A stretch of 64,000 nucleotides of DNA from a bacterium (GTDB taxonomy: Bacteria; Zhuqueibacterota; Zhuqueibacteria; Residuimicrobiales; Krinioviventaceae). Positions 19,455 through 28,724 of this stretch are shown here, piece by piece. The position numbers and the translations under genes were made by a program. The stretch spans positions 4,480,001-4,544,000 of the forward strand of contig OY843751.1 in NCBI GenBank assembly GCA_963693055.1. Reading direction: 5' to 3'. A model generated the notes under the pieces. It was given only the letters and a program-made list of their open reading frames with translations, had not been told where the DNA came from and searched no databases. Numbering within the stretch: position 1 is the stretch's first letter; each line of letters starts with the position of its first letter.

Positions 19455-22139
19455 CTAGCTGATCATTGGATCTGCTTTATCCGGTTTAATATTCAGGTCT
19501 TTAATTGCAGATTTCAGGGTATCCAGTTTTATTTTTCCCTCTTTGAACAACATGTACAATGCGGCAAAAGCGATATAATTTTCATCTACTTCAAAAAACT
19601 CGCGCAAGTGCCGGCGGCCATCACTGCGGCCAAACCCATCAGTTCCAAGTGTCAGCATGGAAGCCGGTATCCATTTGGATACAGATTCAGGAATAGCACG
19701 CACATAATCGGTCGCAGCGACTACTGGGCCTTCAACACCTTCAAGTGCCTGGGTGATATAAGGTACCTTGGCCTTTTTATCAGGATGAAGCATATTCCAA
19801 CGGTCAACGGAAATAGCATCCTTGTGCAGTTCTTTATAACTGGTAACACTCCAGATATCAGAAGCGATTTTATATTTCTTGGCCAGAATTTCCTGAGCCT
19901 GAATGGTTTTGGTCAAAATGGTTCCGCTACCCATCAGTTGAACAGTTGCTTTAGCATCTTTGGGTTTCTTGGAATTAAATTTATAAATACCTTTGATAAT
20001 GCCTTCTTTGACATTTTTGCCTTTTGGCATTGCAGGCTGCACATAATTTTCATTCATAACGGTAATATAATAAAAACCGGGTTCCTGTTTTTCATACATG
20101 TGCTTGATTCCATCACGAATAATTACGGCTAGTTCGTAAGCAAAAGCAGGATCATAAGCACGAATAGTGGGATACGGATATACCAAAAGATGGCTGTTTC
20201 CATCCTGGTGCTGTAATCCTTCACCAGCAAGAGTTGTGCGCCCTGCGGTACCACCGACCAAAAATCCTCTTACTCGCATATCCGCAGCCAGCCAAACAAG
20301 ATCACCAATTCGTTGAATGCCAAACATGGAGTAAAAGATGTAGAATGGTATTGTATTGATATTATGTGTTGAATACGCTGAACCCGCTGCCACAAAAGAT
20401 GCCATAGAACCGGATTCGGTAATACCTTCTTCAAGGATCTGGCCATTTTTGGCTTCTTTATAATACAACAAGCTTTCACGATCCACTGGCTCGTACAACT
20501 GACCCTGATGCGCATAAATACCAATCTGGCGGAACAATGCTTCCATACCAAAGGTACGGGCTTCATCCGGTACAATGGGTACTACAAGATTGCCAATGGT
20601 TTTATCTCTCAGTAATTTATTCAATACACGCACAAAAACCATGGTTGTAGATACTTCCCGGTCATCTGTGCCCTGGTAAAATTCTTCAAAAACAGACTCT
20701 GCAGGCGTTTTAACTGTTGCACTCTGCTGTCTGCGCTGGGGCACAAATCCATTCAACTGCTCTCTGCGTTCGAGCAGATATTTCATATCGGGACTATTTT
20801 CATCCGGACGATAGAATGGCAATGTATCAATCTCTTCATCAGAGATCTGGATACCAAAACGTGAACGGAAATGACGCAGCTCCTGCTCATTCAGTTTCTT
20901 TTGCGAGTGGGTAATATTTTTTCCTTCACCGGCTTCTCCCAAACCATATCCCTTGATTGTTCGGGCAAGAATTACTGTGGGGGCCCCGGTATGCTCGGTT
21001 GCGGCTTTGTAAGCAGCATAAACCTTACTAGGATCATGACCACCCAGCCGCATTTTTTCAAGCTGTTCGTCAGACAAATGTTCAACCATCTTTAACAACT
21101 GTGGATATTTTCCATAAAAATGTTCACGGATGTAGGCGCCACCGCGTACCGCGTAATTCTGATAATCACCATCAACCACTTCGTCCATACGTTTTTGCAG
21201 CCAGCCTTCATCATCTTTTTCAAGCAGTGCATCCCAATCGCTGCCCCAAATCACCTTGATCACATTCCAGCCAGCTCCACGAAAGACCTGTTCAAGCTCT
21301 TGTATAATCTTGCCATTACCACGTACAGGGCCGTCAAGACGTTGCAAATTACAATTGATCACAAAAATAAGATTGTCCAGCTTTTCACGTACGGCCAAAG
21401 AGATAGCACCCAGGGTTTCGGGTTCGTCTGTTTCACCGTCGCCCAAAAATGCCCATACTTTTTCACTAGTAGATGTCTTTAAACCACGATCTTCAAGATA
21501 GCGGTTAAAACGGGCCTGGTAAATAGCCGTAATGGGTCCCAATCCCATAGAAACGGTTGGAAACTGCCAGAAATCAGACTTTAACCAGGGATGAGGATAC
21601 GATGGAAGTCCACCACCTTCATGCACTTCGTGTCTAAAGTTCTTTAAATCTTCAACTGAAAGCCGGCCTTCAAGAAAAGCGCGCGAATAAATTCCCGGTG
21701 ATGCATGACCCTGAAAATAGATTTGATCTCCACTAAAATCTTCTTTGGGTGCACGAAAAAAGTGATTAAACCCTACTTCGTACAGGGTAGCTGCAGATGC
21801 ATATGTAGATATATGTCCACCAATACCGTTCTCAATACGGTTGGCGCGAACAACCATAGCCATAGCATTCCAGCGGATCATACTCTTGATCCGGCGTTCA
21901 ATTTCACGGCTGCCGGGATATGGGGGCTGTTCCTGTACAGATATTGTATTAATATAGGGAGTATTTGCAGTAAATGGCAGTTTTACTCCTGCCTGGTAAG
22001 CACGCTGCTGTAATTCATGTAATATTTTTTTAACCCGTTCCGGGCCGCCTTTCTGAATCACATAATCCAGCGATTCAAGCCATTCTAATAATTCAACATC
22101 AGTCACATTGTCAAAATTTGGAATATCTTTGTCACTCAT
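19455..22139 (-). CDS. aceE: Pyruvate dehydrogenase E1, homodimeric type
   Basis: GGHISTYAS, QFPTVSMGLG, FLGDGETDEPE, NCNLQRLDGPVRGN, GEGLQHQDG. Confidence 0.97.
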   Translation of the reverse strand: MSDKDIPNFDNVTDVELLEWLESLDYVIQKGGPERVKKILHELQQRAYQAGVKLPFTANTPYINTISVQEQPPYPGSREIERRIKSMIRWNAMAMVVRANRIENGIGGHISTYASAATLYEVGFNHFFRAPKEDFSGDQIYFQGHASPGIYSRAFLEGRLSVEDLKNFRHEVHEGGGLPSYPHPWLKSDFWQFPTVSMGLGPITAIYQARFNRYLEDRGLKTSTSEKVWAFLGDGETDEPETLGAISLAVREKLDNLIFVINCNLQRLDGPVRGNGKIIQELEQVFRGAGWNVIKVIWGSDWDALLEKDDEGWLQKRMDEVVDGDYQNYAVRGGAYIREHFYGKYPQLLKMVEHLSDEQLEKMRLGGHDPSKVYAAYKAATEHTGAPTVILARTIKGYGLGEAGEGKNITHSQKKLNEQELRHFRSRFGIQISDEEIDTLPFYRPDENSPDMKYLLERREQLNGFVPQRRQQSATVKTPAESVFEEFYQGTDDREVSTTMVFVRVLNKLLRDKTIGNLVVPIVPDEARTFGMEALFRQIGIYAHQGQLYEPVDRESLLYYKEAKNGQILEEGITESGSMASFVAAGSAYSTHNINTIPFYIFYSMFGIQRIGDLVWLAADMRVRGFLVGGTAGRTTLAGEGLQHQDGNSHLLVYPYPTIRAYDPAFAYELAVIIRDGIKHMYEKQEPGFYYITVMNENYVQPAMPKGKNVKEGIIKGIYKFNSKKPKDAKATVQLMGSGTILTKTIQAQEILAKKYKIASDIWSVTSYKELHKDAISVDRWNMLHPDKKAKVPYITQALEGVEGPVVAATDYVRAIPESVSKWIPASMLTLGTDGFGRSDGRRHLREFFEVDENYIAFAALYMLFKEGKIKLDTLKSAIKDLNIKPDKADPMIS

Positions 22140-22355
22140 TCTGAATTTTCCTTTATTCTAGCAATTTATTATTCTTTCACAGCCTATAACGGCACACTAT
22201 TTTCTTATATTCCAGTTTCCCCCCCGGACATATTGTAATGCAGAGATTTTAAAAGATAACTCTAGCGGTAAAAATAGAACAGATTTAAAATCCGTTTCAT
22301 TTCTTTTTTATTAATAGGATGTCAAGTAAGGGAAAAAGATTCCAAATAACATCCG

Positions 22356-23294
22356 TTATTTATATAAATTTACACCATTGTTCAAGGCGGTTTGGCGTAA
22401 ATAAGCAAATGCCTCTCTATATTCTGTTTCAGAGGCAAGATGTTCTATCATCAGCGGGGCGTCGAGTTTGCTTAGGTTTTTCAAAAACACACCATAATTT
22501 AAATACCCCTTACCAGGCAGAATTTCATCCAAATGCGTAGACAAGCTGTTGTGTTGGAGAACAATATCTTTAGCATGACAGCTTTTGATATATGGTCCCA
22601 GCTTTTTAAAGCATTCATCAATTAATGCAGCATTGTTAAAATATCGTTGCGGGGAATTGACTATATTCACAGGATCCAAATGCACAGCAAACCGTTCACG
22701 GTCAATGGCTTTGATCAACTGAAAATAAGAATCAGGAGAATCCGGATACAACCATGGCATCATTTCCAGAGTAAAAAAAGTCCGTTTGGGTTTTACAGTG
22801 TCAATGATTTTGCGGTATGTTTCAACAATAAGATCAAAGGTATCATCCGTCAGATTATCCGAATGTATACCATACCACAATGTCTCACTTTTTGATCCCG
22901 AAACATTCACACAGCATCGCGCACCAATTCGGTCTGCAAGGTCAAGACTGCCAATACATTTTTCAATGGCTTTATTACGCTCATCATCATTGGGACTCAG
23001 GGGATTGCTCCACGCTCCAACCTCAGCAATAACGATATCTGCTTTCAGTGCGGCTTTTTTATATTCGCTTACCTCATCATCCGCGCTGCCTATCGAAAGC
23101 GGACAATAAGCGGCAGTGTATCCCATATCCTTAACAGATGCAACCCAGCTTTCGGGATCCGTCCACTTTTTGTATATATTGCCGCCAATACGTACTCCGG
23201 CTTGCTGCGCAGGGTACAGCTTTTGAGACATCGGTGCAGATGCCAATAGCGGAACAGCCACAGTTTTTGCTAAAAAAGTCCGTCTGTTCATCAT
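22356..23294 (-). CDS. Tat-exported sugar phosphate isomerase/epimerase (TIM barrel)
   Basis: MMNRRTFL start overlapping the topA stop (ATGA); LEMMP, HLDPVN, HAKD, MIEH. Confidence 0.82.
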   Translation of the reverse strand: MMNRRTFLAKTVAVPLLASAPMSQKLYPAQQAGVRIGGNIYKKWTDPESWVASVKDMGYTAAYCPLSIGSADDEVSEYKKAALKADIVIAEVGAWSNPLSPNDDERNKAIEKCIGSLDLADRIGARCCVNVSGSKSETLWYGIHSDNLTDDTFDLIVETYRKIIDTVKPKRTFFTLEMMPWLYPDSPDSYFQLIKAIDRERFAVHLDPVNIVNSPQRYFNNAALIDECFKKLGPYIKSCHAKDIVLQHNSLSTHLDEILPGKGYLNYGVFLKNLSKLDAPLMIEHLASETEYREAFAYLRQTALNNGVNLYK

Positions 23295-25933
23295 GCCTTT
23301 GCTTTGGTTTTGGGTTTTGCTTTCTTTTTGGTTGTTTTTTTCTTGGTTTCCCATTCCCATTTATTGTTTTTATAAAAAGCTTCCCAACCGGTTTTCTTGC
23401 CGTCAACTTCGGTCATGAGATATTGTATTTTCTCTTTTCGTTTAAAACGGATCTGTGCCGGAACACCATCCGGATCGGTTGATGGTGCATCCGCAAGATA
23501 GTAAAATTTCGGGTCCAGCTCGTCCCGATGTCTTGCCAGATCTTCCACTAACGGACTGCGGGTCTCGCGGGATTTGGGAAAAGTATGCGCCGCCAGAAAC
23601 AAGCCCGAGGCCCCGTCTCGAAGTAAAAAATACGCATCCGACTTTTCACATTTCAGTTCAGGCATGGGTACAGGCTCGGCTTTGGGTGGCGCGGCCTCAC
23701 CGTTGCGCAAAAGCTTTCGGGTGTTACTGCATTCCGGATATTTGGTACAAGCGAAAAATTTACCAAACCGTCCCGTTTTTAACACCATATCACTGCCGCA
23801 TTTATCACACTCGAGTACCGGCCCTTCATATCCTTTGATACGGAATTCGCCTGCTTCAATTTCTGTACCACTGCAGTTTGGATTATTGCCGCAAACATGC
23901 AAACGACGTTTTTCGTCAACCAGATAAGCATCCATTGCCGTATTGCATATAGGGCAACGACGTTTATTCATTAATGCCATGGTTTCTTCATCAATATCTG
24001 CATTTTTGCTTACAGTTTCTGATTCTTCACCGGGAATCAGGTTAATAGTCTGCTTGCATCGCTCCTTGGGAGACAGATCATATCCCGTACAGCTCAAAAA
24101 AACACCGGTTTGACCATTTCGAATCATCATGGGTTTTCCACATTCGGTACAAGTAATGCCCTCAACAACAACCGGCACATTGTCTCGCATGCCGGTTTCA
24201 CCGGCACGGAGCTGGTTCTCAAAATCATGAAAAAACTCATCCAATAGATTTTTCCACTCTTGATCACCTTGCGACACCTTGTCCAGATCGGTTTCCATGT
24301 TGGCAGTAAAATCATAATCCATTAAATCGATAAAACTATCCATTAACCGGTCTGTTACAATATCACCAATCTTTAAAGCATAAAACCGTCTTTTTTCTAG
24401 CTTAACATATCCGCGATCCTGTATTGTGGAAATAATTGACGCATAGGTAGAAGGGCGGCCAATTCCACGCTTTTCAAGCTCTTTTACCAGACTTGCTTCC
24501 GTATATCTTGGAGGTGGTTTGGTAAAATGCTGACTGGGATCCAGCTTTAATAATTTTAATATATCTCCAACATTGACTTCCGGCAATACGGCATCATCGG
24601 TATCACGAGAGGGCATAATCTTGAGCCAGCCGTCAAACCGCATGGTTCTTCCTGTAGCACGCAGATCAAAATCGCCCGCTGTAATATTGATGGTTGTGCT
24701 GTCAAATTCAGCCGGCGGCATCTGGCAGGCTACAAACCGGCGCCAGATCAAATCATACAATCTCAATTGATCACGTTCAAGACGTATCATCCGTTCCGGA
24801 GTTTTATTTACATCTGTGGGACGAATAGCTTCATGCGCTTCTTGCGCTGAAGCTTTACTGGAATAAAAATTGGGTTTTTCCGGCAGATATCTTTCACCAA
24901 AATTGGTTTTAATAAACTCACGGCATCCCATAATAGAGCCCATGCTAAGATTTGTAGAATCCGTACGCATGTAGGTAATATGCCCGGCCTCATACAACCG
25001 CTGGGCCATCATCATGGTCTTTTTCACACTGAATCCCAGCTGGGTGCTTGCAGCAGCTTGTAATGATGTGGTAATAAAGGGGGCATAGGGACGTTGCTTT
25101 GTGGGTTTCAGCTTGGCTTCTTCAACGCGGTATTCTGCTTCGGTCAACATGGCCAAAGCTTCAAAGGTCTCTTTTTCATTAGTGGGCTTAAAGGTCTTGC
25201 TTTTATATTTCAGAACCTTGGCTTTAAAGGGAGGTTCACCATCCAGATGAGCAAAAACTTCCCAAAACTCTTCGGGAACAAAGGCACGGATCTCCCGCTC
25301 ACGTTCAACAATCAATCGAACGGCCACAGATTGCACCCGCCCGGCAGACAAACCTCGCGCAACCTTTTTCCACAACAAGGGAGATACCATAAAACCTACT
25401 ACTCGGTCCAGAAAACGTCTGGCTTGTTGCGCATTCACCCGGTTCATATCCAGTTCACCTGGCTCACTGAACGCTTTTTGAATTGCGTTTTTGGTTATCT
25501 CGCTAAAGGTAACCCTTTTATAACGTTTATCATCACCGCCAATAGATTCACGTAAATGCCATGCAATGGCTTCCCCTTCACGGTCAAGGTCAGTTGCAAG
25601 ATAAATTTCACCAGACTCACCGGCAAGCTTTTTCAACTGTCTCAACACTTTTTCTTTACCGGGAATAATCTCGTAACGTGCTTCCCACCCATTGTAGGGA
25701 TCAATAGCCATCGTTCGAACAAGATTTTCTCTGGAACGATTTTTCTTAAATTCAGCTTTTTCCTGATCAGAAAGACCTTTGGGCATTCTATTGACAGTTG
25801 CTTTCCCACTGCTCCGAACAGGCAAATCACGTATATGACCAATACTGGAGACTACAACATACTCATCTCCCAGATACTTGTTTATAGTTTTGGCCTTAGC
25901 CGGAGATTCAACAATAACTAGCGCTTTTTTCAT
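23291..25933 (-). CDS. topA: DNA topoisomerase I
   Basis: [42 protein letters not shown]; C-terminal zinc ribbons. Confidence 0.98.
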   Translation of the reverse strand: MKKALVIVESPAKAKTINKYLGDEYVVVSSIGHIRDLPVRSSGKATVNRMPKGLSDQEKAEFKKNRSRENLVRTMAIDPYNGWEARYEIIPGKEKVLRQLKKLAGESGEIYLATDLDREGEAIAWHLRESIGGDDKRYKRVTFSEITKNAIQKAFSEPGELDMNRVNAQQARRFLDRVVGFMVSPLLWKKVARGLSAGRVQSVAVRLIVEREREIRAFVPEEFWEVFAHLDGEPPFKAKVLKYKSKTFKPTNEKETFEALAMLTEAEYRVEEAKLKPTKQRPYAPFITTSLQAAASTQLGFSVKKTMMMAQRLYEAGHITYMRTDSTNLSMGSIMGCREFIKTNFGERYLPEKPNFYSSKASAQEAHEAIRPTDVNKTPERMIRLERDQLRLYDLIWRRFVACQMPPAEFDSTTINITAGDFDLRATGRTMRFDGWLKIMPSRDTDDAVLPEVNVGDILKLLKLDPSQHFTKPPPRYTEASLVKELEKRGIGRPSTYASIISTIQDRGYVKLEKRRFYALKIGDIVTDRLMDSFIDLMDYDFTANMETDLDKVSQGDQEWKNLLDEFFHDFENQLRAGETGMRDNVPVVVEGITCTECGKPMMIRNGQTGVFLSCTGYDLSPKERCKQTINLIPGEESETVSKNADIDEETMALMNKRRCPICNTAMDAYLVDEKRRLHVCGNNPNCSGTEIEAGEFRIKGYEGPVLECDKCGSDMVLKTGRFGKFFACTKYPECSNTRKLLRNGEAAPPKAEPVPMPELKCEKSDAYFLLRDGASGLFLAAHTFPKSRETRSPLVEDLARHRDELDPKFYYLADAPSTDPDGVPAQIRFKRKEKIQYLMTEVDGKKTGWEAFYKNNKWEWETKKKTTKKKAKPKTKAKA

Positions 25934-26044
25934 GTGTATCCGTAATAATAAATAGTAAAATTAAGTTTGATAAAAATAACATCCTGCGGCAACGAATGCA
26001 AGCTATATCTTGAATAAGGAGAGAATTTTCTGGCAGAAATGAGA

Positions 26045-26416
26045 TCAGGCCAATGCTTGTTCTAATGCGTTAAACAAACGCTCATCTACAATAGGTTTTA
26101 CGAGAAAAATTGATTCGGAATCTTGCTCAAGTCTGTCTAATGTACGTTTATCTGAATTACCTGTAAGGTAAATAATTGGAATTGAAAATTCTTTTCTGAT
26201 ATTTGAAGCCGTTTCAATTCCATCCATGTCCCCTCTTAGACCGATATCCATAATAACAATATCGGGTCCATATTCTTTTACACTCTTTAAACAATCTTTT
26301 CCTGAATTTACCACAGCTACAACATTATAACCTTTTTCATTTAGCTTTAATTCAGTATCCAAAGCAATAATTGCATCATCTTCCGCAATAATCACCCTAG
26401 CTTTATCATTGTTCAT
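26045..26416 (-). CDS. Single-domain response regulator (receiver)
   Basis: IAEDD, DIVIMDIGL..MDGIE, IIYLTG, LVKP. Confidence 0.9.
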   Translation of the reverse strand: MNNDKARVIIAEDDAIIALDTELKLNEKGYNVVAVVNSGKDCLKSVKEYGPDIVIMDIGLRGDMDGIETASNIRKEFSIPIIYLTGNSDKRTLDRLEQDSESIFLVKPIVDERLFNALEQALA

Positions 26417-26517
26417 AGATCACTCCGTGTTGTTAATATCTTAAAACTTAAAAGTATTAGAGTCTATTCCATAAAAAACAGGAAAAACAATCAGGAATAA
26501 GCTTTTTTTGATGTCGA

Positions 26518-26558
26518 AATAGGAAATTCCTTACAACAAAATACGTAATTCTCCCTAT
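26518..26558. promoter_or_regulatory. Two tandem NarL/LuxR-type (RcsB/GacA-like) operator boxes
   Basis: AATAGG-AAATTC-CTTACA (26518-26535) and TACGTAATTCTCCCTA (26542-26557), directly upstream of the -35 of the putative sRNA promoter. Confidence 0.45.
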
Positions 26559-26586
26559 TTCATTTTTGGAATCAGTGTATTATATT
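26558..26586 (+). promoter_or_regulatory. sigma70-type promoter of the putative sRNA
   Basis: TTTCAT, 17 bp spacer, TATATT; predicted +1 (~26592) coincides with the first base of the first stem. Confidence 0.55.
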
Positions 26587-26591
26587 TAATC

Positions 26592-26756
26592 AGTTAGTTA
26601 ACGCAAGCAGCAATGCTTATATGTCACCCCCGGTACTGGCGACCCCCCTAAGCTGGTACTGAGACATCTTTTGTGCGTTAACGACTTAATGCCAAGCGTC
26701 ACCCCCGGTACCGGTGACCCCCCTAAATCGGTACTTAGACGGCTTGGCATTTTTTT
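26592..26756 (+). ncRNA. Putative structured small RNA with two tandem C-loop hairpin modules and an intrinsic terminator
   Basis: 43-nt direct repeats (26623-26665, 26698-26740; 37/43 identical). All five stem differences preserve pairing. GACCCCCCUAA loops, a GCAA-tetraloop side hairpin, closing stems and a 3' U-run. Confidence 0.75.
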
Positions 26757-26771
26757 ATTATTAGCATTTTT

Positions 26772-28280
26772 TTAATAAATTGCTTCACCAATTTCCAGCA
26801 CTATATCAATCCTACGATTTTTACGACGACCATCTTCAGTTTCATTACTGGCTATCGGTTTGCTTTTTCCATAACCAATACTCTGTATTTGTTCAGAAGG
26901 CAAGCCCATATTGGCTATCAAATAAGATTTTACAGCATTTGATCGTTGTTCGGAAAGTTTCTGATTCGCGGCATCGTGACCTCTCGAGTCGGTATGACCT
27001 TCAATAACAATAGGTGCATTGGGGAACTCTCGTATAGCTCGCTGTACCTTGGTCAGCAATCCAAAATAACCGGGCTCAATTACACTCTTGCCTGAGGCAA
27101 AGTTTAAACCCACCAAACGAATAACAAGATTGGTGCCCTCGCGCAGTACAACCGCTTCCTGAGGCGCATACATATCTTCAATGCGCTTGATCTTGGCTTC
27201 CTGACGCTTCTTGACTTCAAGTGTCTCTTTCAAGCCAGCTTCCTGTTGTTTGCTTACATCCAGTTCTGCTGTAAGCTTGCGGTTTTTTGCCATACTTTCA
27301 TCAAGTTCTTTATTTACCCGCTCTAATTCCTTGCGCAGTTCACTCTTATCATCCAGAGACGCAGCAATTGCCAGATGCAGTGATTCCATAGCAGGTTCTA
27401 TACCATTGTCATACTGCACATCCAGCTTCATTGTGTTTGAAACGGTCGAGAGATTATCTTCAAGATCCAGAAAAACCTTTTCCCAACTATCTTCTTCTTT
27501 ACGATTTTTTTGAATCAAATCTGAAAGAAAAATAGCATGATTGGCTTCATACTCTGCATCTTCTGCTTTCTCTCTGGCTGTTGATTGAGCGCTGCGGTCA
27601 GTGTTAAGAATATTCTCAGCTTCCTGCAGCAATACCTTTGCCCGGTTATAAGTTCGGGGAGCATAACGATCTGCTTTTGTTTCCCTGGCCTTATCCAAAA
27701 GCAGATGTACCTTGCCAATAATACTGGCCTTGATCGCTTTCAATTCGGCTTGACGATAACGATCTTCTCCATCTTTGGCTCTCTTGATTGCATTGTTGAT
27801 ATCATTATCTTCAATCTCTTCCATTGCATCTTTAAAACTGCGTTCTGCCTGCTCATACAATTCTAAAGCGAATTCAGGGGCATTAGCTATCAATGCGTCA
27901 TCACGTGCCTGAATCAAAAAAGGAAGCTGTTTTTTGGCTTCTTTTGCATTACCAATTGCTTTTGCAAGATACTCTTCAGCACGATTCAAATTCTTTTGGA
28001 TACTTTTAACATCCCGCCCACGCTCAAGATCCAGCTTTGCTTCATCAAAGTGCCGTTGGGCCCGTTCAAAATCATTTGGTGATAAAACATGAACCTGGAG
28101 TGATTGAGCATCTTCAAGGACGTGCTCAATGTCAACCAATTTTTGGTTCATTTGCGCCAATATTCCCTGCTCACCAGCCTGTGAAAAAACAGAACCGGGA
28201 GTAGAAACCAGCACAACGAACAAGATCAACATAAAATAAACAGGCAAGTTTTTATTGCCATTTCTCAAGACTAAAGACAT
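26772..28280 (-). CDS. OmpA-family peptidoglycan-binding protein with long N-terminal helical (DUF4398-like) repeats
   Basis: Signal peptide; repeated A..YAP..Y..A helices; IEGHTDSRG..ANQKLSEQRS, GYGKSKPIASN..GRRKNRRIDI. Confidence 0.88.
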   Translation of the reverse strand: MSLVLRNGNKNLPVYFMLILFVVLVSTPGSVFSQAGEQGILAQMNQKLVDIEHVLEDAQSLQVHVLSPNDFERAQRHFDEAKLDLERGRDVKSIQKNLNRAEEYLAKAIGNAKEAKKQLPFLIQARDDALIANAPEFALELYEQAERSFKDAMEEIEDNDINNAIKRAKDGEDRYRQAELKAIKASIIGKVHLLLDKARETKADRYAPRTYNRAKVLLQEAENILNTDRSAQSTAREKAEDAEYEANHAIFLSDLIQKNRKEEDSWEKVFLDLEDNLSTVSNTMKLDVQYDNGIEPAMESLHLAIAASLDDKSELRKELERVNKELDESMAKNRKLTAELDVSKQQEAGLKETLEVKKRQEAKIKRIEDMYAPQEAVVLREGTNLVIRLVGLNFASGKSVIEPGYFGLLTKVQRAIREFPNAPIVIEGHTDSRGHDAANQKLSEQRSNAVKSYLIANMGLPSEQIQSIGYGKSKPIASNETEDGRRKNRRIDIVLEIGEAIY

Positions 28281-28305
28281 AATACCTCCCCTCTCCTTCT
28301 TTTTT

Positions 28306-28701
28306 TTAATGAGGTAATGTAACTTTTGTCAAAGCTTCTCTCAAGTTTTCAGGTGTTACCGGCTTTGTCAAATACCATTCACACCCTTCATTGAATGAAG
28401 ACATGATATCTTTGACATCATTTTTAATTGTAATCATTAATATTTTTGCTTCCTGAGAGAACTTGACCTTATTATCAGTTTCCCATTTACGGATATAATG
28501 AACTACCTGCTGTCCTGACATATCTGGCATTTCAATATCCATAGTAATCAAATTATAAGGATCAGAATCTTTATGTGCTTTTTCAAACATAGACAGAGCT
28601 TCTTCACCATTCGGAACCGCATCACACGTACCATACTCAGACAATAATGCCTGCAATTTTGTACGGCTCACGTAATCATCATCCACAACCAATATCCTCA
28701 T
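28306..28701 (-). CDS. CheY-like response regulator
   Basis: ILVVDDD, LITMDIEMPDMSG, YLTKP. Confidence 0.9.
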   Translation of the reverse strand: MRILVVDDDYVSRTKLQALLSEYGTCDAVPNGEEALSMFEKAHKDSDPYNLITMDIEMPDMSGQQVVHYIRKWETDNKVKFSQEAKILMITIKNDVKDIMSSFNEGCEWYLTKPVTPENLREALTKVTLPH

Positions 28702-28724
28702 TGCTAACTCCTTTCAGTTGGAAA

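Noticed and set aside
17937-20132. Long + strand ORFs (142, 197 and 308 aa) opposite aceF/aceE
   Set aside because: Antisense shadows of strongly conserved genes; no recognisable motifs or RBS.
23295-23360. N-terminal extension of the 334-aa ORF / low-complexity repeat
   Set aside because: This is the Lys-rich topA tail read in another frame; the true start is probably 23294.
26623-26725. G-quadruplex on the minus strand (four G5-G6 runs)
   Set aside because: The runs are widely spaced; G-U pairs, promoter and U-tail all favour a + strand hairpin RNA. Not formally excluded.
26623-26740. The 43-nt direct repeats as a mini-CRISPR array (32-nt spacer)
   Set aside because: Only two copies and no cas genes. 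The repeats differ by compensatory changes, and the 'spacer' base-pairs with the flanks, which fits a structured RNA.
26592-26756. Identity as 6S RNA, SRP RNA, tRNA or a riboswitch
   Set aside because: No single long rod with a central bubble, no SRP helix-8 motif, no cloverleaf, and no downstream gene on the same strand.
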